A stretch of DNA of 63,828 nucleotides, counting the filler, from Octopus bimaculoides (lineage: Eukaryota): the NCBI RefSeq assembly GCF_001194135.2. It is 7 parts of 7 records of this genome, joined end to end, with 100 filler letters (N's around TTAATTAATTAA, not from the genome) between each part and the next. Parts side by side here need not be neighbours in the genome. Positions count along the whole stretch, not along the records: positions 60,076 to 63,828 come from NC_068986.1; 6 more parts are not named here. The stretch is one strand, 5' to 3'. This document shows positions 59,976-63,828 of the stretch, piece by piece (the first letter of the stretch is position 1; the number at the start of each line of letters is the position of its first letter). The notes beneath the pieces are model-generated. The model was given only the letters and a program-made list of their open reading frames with translations. It made no database searches and had not been told where the DNA came from. Both the position numbers and the translations under genes were made by a program.

Positions 59976-61187
59976 NNNNNNNNNNNNNNNNNNNNNNNNN
60001 NNNNNNNNNNNNNNNNNNNTTAATTAATTAANNNNNNNNNNNNNNNNNNNNNNNNNNNNNNNNNNNNNNNNNNNNATATATATATATATATATATATATA
60101 CGTGTATGTATGTGTGTGTGTGCTGTGTGTTAGTGTTAGAATGAAAGAATAAACAAGCAAAACATGTAGTATCACTTTGGTGCTTGACCGTAGAATAGTT
60201 ACAATGGAGTTGTTGGGGTAAAAGATATAAAAATAAAGCAGTAATAATTTGCACACAATGTCTCTTATAGCGTTTTCTAGTATAGCTACGGGTATGGTGC
60301 ATCTCTGAGCGGAAGAAGTTTTCTGTATGAAAGCAAACTAAGACGTCTTTGGAGAGGAAGAATTAAAGTATATGCTGTACTTATTAATGGATAATAGTAG
60401 TTAACCAGTTCAATCATCTAAATGCGAGTGAGATCGATTATGAGCTTGTCAAAATATATGTATTATAAAAAGGCGGTGAGCTGATAGAATTGTTAGCTCG
60501 CCGGGCAAAATGTTCTGAGTTCAAATTCCGCATAAGTAAACTTTGCCTTTTATCCTTTCGCTGCCGATAAAATAAGTACCATTTGAGTACTGGGGTCAAT
60601 GGAATCGACTTACCCCTTCCGCCAAAATTTCTGGCCTTGTGTCAAAACTTGAAACGAGGAGCGGCCTTTCGTCTGTGTTTATGTTCTGAGTTCAAATTCT
60701 GCCGAGTTCAGGTTTACCTTTAATTCCTTTCAGGGTCGAAAAAATAAGCACCAGTTGAGCACAAGGGTCAATGTAATCGACCTACACGCTCCGCCGGAAT
60801 GACTGGTGTCTTATGATGGTCACCTCTTATGACCGTTCATTACAAGGCTCTACAGCACCATTTTTGTTTTAGTAGCAGGACACACATACACTTCACGTAG
60901 TTCTCAGAGAGATTCAACGTGATACAGAATCTAACAAGGCTGGGCCTTTCAATTACAGGTACATCTCATTTTTGCCAGTTGAGTGAAATTGAGCAACGTG
61001 AAAAAATAGTGTCTTGCTCAAGGACACAACGCGTCACCGTGAATCGAAATCACGACCTATCGATGATGAACCAAACAAAGTAACCTTTATACCACAGGCC
61101 TTCAGTTTGAATGTTAATGTTTTGAAACATTTTAATGTTTTGAAATATATGTATTAGTATTATATATAGTTACTATCTATCTATCTG

Positions 61188-61218
<31 letters not shown>

Positions 61219-61465
61219 GTCTGTCTGCTTGTTTATATANNNNNNNNNNNNNNNNNNNNNNNNNNNNNNNNNNNNNNNNNNNNNNNNNNNNNNNNNNNNN
61301 NNNNNNNNNNNNNNNNNNNNNNNNNNNNNNNNNNNNNNNNNNNNNNNNNNNNNNNNNNNNNNNNNNNNNNNNNNNNNNNNNNNNNNNNNNNNNNNNNNNN
61401 NNNNNNNNNNNNNNNNNNNNNNNNNNNNNNNNNNNNNNNNNNNNNNNNTACTATCTATCTATCTG

Positions 61466-61496
<31 letters not shown>

Positions 61497-62388
61497 GTCT
61501 GTCTGCTTGTTTATATATACATGCATACATGCTAAATACACATATTACATATATACTTACATGCATACATAAATACACGCATACATATATACGTACATAC
61601 TTAGTAAGTATACATTGCATTGCCTTTAAATATATTAAAATTACATTTTATTTTACACTTGCCATTTTTTGCTCGGTATAACTATTCGCTGTTGACGAAG
61701 CTTTGACAGTTATAACGTTAGTCACTACGTTTTACCTGATATATACAAATATGGAGATTGCTCTCTATAAACATTCTCAAATGGAAGATCGTTATATTAA
61801 AATAGTCTTCACAAGATGAATTAGGCAACTATGAGAGTCTGTTTCTTACACCTTTGAGTACATCCTATAGGATTTGTTTGGATTTCTACTTGAATATGAT
61901 GTATTCTTACAGAAAAATAAAAAATAATAAAAGGCCATAGAGGTGATATTTATCTTTCACTTAATAGGGATAAGTGTCAGCTTTGCGCCATTTTCTCAAC
62001 TAAGGAATAAATATTGTCTTATCTACACTGAAGTGATTGTTAGCTCACAAGCATACTGAACGTACAAGGATTTGGCAGCATGATTATTCTTTGCAATCAC
62101 CGTCTTTTCTTCTTATTTGTATATCCGTTTTGCAATTGCTTCTTAGTTCCTGAAAATACGGTATATATGTGCAGGCGTTGTTACAGCTGGATTCCAGGTG
62201 GTAACCCAGATGTTAAGATGGAAATTAACAGATCAATGATTTCTGTTTTAGCATCGGGATTTTACCATCCGGAATCCAACATTACCAGCGCCTTCTGTTG
62301 TCCTGTACAATCCCCATTATGAACGTATCGACGTTAATGCTGGATAAGAACCATAAAGTGTAACCGAATATTCGGTTTACTTTTGTAT

Positions 62389-62772
62389 GTTGTTGTTGGC
62401 ACTCCGTCGCTTACGACGTCAAGGGTTCCAGTTGATCCGATCAACGGAACAGCCTGCTCATGAAATTAACGTGCAAGTGACTGAGCACTCCAGAGACACG
62501 TGTACCCTTAACGTAGTTCTCGGGCATATTCAGCGTGACACAGTGTGACAAGGTTGACCCTTTGAATTACAGGCACAACAGAAACAGGAAGTAAGAGTGA
62601 GAGAAAGTTGTGGTGGAAGAGTACAGCAGAGTTTGCCACCATCCCCTGCTAGAGCTTCGTGGAGCTTTAGGTGTTTTCGCTCAATAAACACTCACAACGC
62701 CCGGTCTGGGAATCGAAACCGTGAACCTATGACCGCGAGTCCGCTGCCCTAACCACTAGGCCATTGCGCCTC
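62389..62772 (-). mobile_element. tRNA-derived SINE family A, full length, (AAC)n tail
   Basis: Head GAGGCGCAATGGCCTAGTGG (A box) and GTTTCGATTCC (B box). Near-identical partial copies at 1-348 (+), 7271-7481 (+) and 9952-10012 (-). Related shorter-bodied copies at 3727-3970, 9020-9350, 15236-15385 (+) and 60850-61085 (-). Confidence 0.85.
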
Positions 62773-63202
62773 CTTACTTTTGTATAAGAGACGGTCAAAC
62801 AACAGAATTATGAATTCCCTTCATTTTCATAAGGCTGAATTCCAAAGACTAAGGGAACCGTGATGCAGCAGCGCTAATAAGATAGTGGACAGATAGTGGA
62901 CACAACATAAATCTATGGTTCTCAAACTTTTTAAGGGTGCCACTCCCTTGACATCCAGGCCGAAATAGACAATGAACTAGTTATTGTTTCACCCAAGACC
63001 AAACTGGTCAAAGAGTATTCCGCACGTGAGTATCTCGTTATTTTTTTTCGCATAGTGTATTAGCAGAGTGACACAATGTCCGTCGATCTTATGTAGGTAA
63101 AATATAATTTGAAGGCGATTTATCTGGTATTTTTTGCAACGTAAGCTACGCATGGAAGCCATTCAAATAACTACAGGTAAGATATATATTTAACCTAATC
63201 AT

Positions 63203-63608
63203 AGGCGTATGAGCGGCTGTGTGGTAAGTAGCTTGCTTAGCAACCACATGGCTCCGGGTTCAGTCCCACTGCGTGGCATCTTGGGCAAGTGTCTTCTACT
63301 ATAGCCTCAGGCCGACCAAAGCCTTGTGAGTGGATTTCGTAGACGGAAAGTGAAAAGAAGCCAGTCGTATATATGTATATATATGTATGTGTATGTGTTT
63401 GTGTGTATATGTTTGTCCCCTCAACATCGCTTGACAAGCGATGGTGGTGTGTTTACGTCCCCGTAACACAGCGGTTCGGCAAAAGAGACCGACAGAATAA
63501 GTACTAGGCTTACAAAGAATAAGTCCTGGGGTCGATTTGCTCGACTAAAGGCGGTGCTCCAGCATGGCCGCAGTCGAAAGACTGAAACAAGTAAAAGAAT
63601 AAAAGAGA
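63203..63608 (+). mobile_element. SINE family B, full length
   Basis: Collinear with 36185-36591; CpGs retained. Confidence 0.85.
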
Positions 63609-63828
63609 TGTATAGCTTAAATTCAAATCTTGTTTCTTTTTTAAATTTAGAACTCAATAATAAAACGTTAGGACAGTCTCCTAGATTTTACGGCTTTAGA
63701 AATGAAGTGGGAAATAAACAAATATTATCCAAGTGAAACAAACAAACTATACAAAGACCAGTGGCATGTAACTTTTTGGTTGTTGAACAAACTGAAAAGG
63801 CACGGTTCACAAAATGTAAGACGCTTTG

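Noticed and set aside
62080-62322. 80-codon plus-strand ORF in unique-looking sequence
   Set aside because: TTG/ATG start and composition give no homology cue; no convincing splice sites.
62362-62377. 16-bp perfect palindrome AACCGAATATTCGGTT
   Set aside because: A single short palindrome in 64 kb next to a SINE tail, with no second copy or context.

Overview
Eukaryotic, AT-rich, repeat-dense draft sequence. The SINE families and microsatellites look cephalopod (Octopus-like); this is inferred from family resemblance, not from a database search. There are many N gaps, and six artificial 100-nt joins (44 N + TTAATTAATTAA + 44 N) split the window into seven pieces whose true spacing is unknown. 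One credible protein-coding region is present: an intact 679-codon minus-strand ORF (22952-24991) for a low-complexity, probably disordered protein with Thr/Ser and polyQ tracts and no recognisable domain. Weaker candidates are a plus-strand terminal exon (8137-8491) and a minus-strand first exon (54893-55031). The rest is transposon-derived or simple repeat: several tRNA-type SINE families, decayed RTE and CR1/L2-type LINE pieces, three R4/Dong-type pieces, a decayed mariner with nested insertions, and piggyBac-, hAT- and foldback-type MITEs. Best leads: (1) a (TAA)n-anchored stack of R4/Dong-like fragments plus an apparently non-coding ~0.6 kb partner element; (2) a decayed type I hammerhead ribozyme fold at 42031-42114; (3) a foldback with arms of at least 163 bp; (4) eleven same-strand SINEs directly downstream of the polyQ ORF; (5) a TTAGGG tract at the point where an RT fragment stops. 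Nothing here proves a new system; these are hypotheses needing the searches listed. Almost all other ORFs in the supplied track are microsatellite or gap artefacts.
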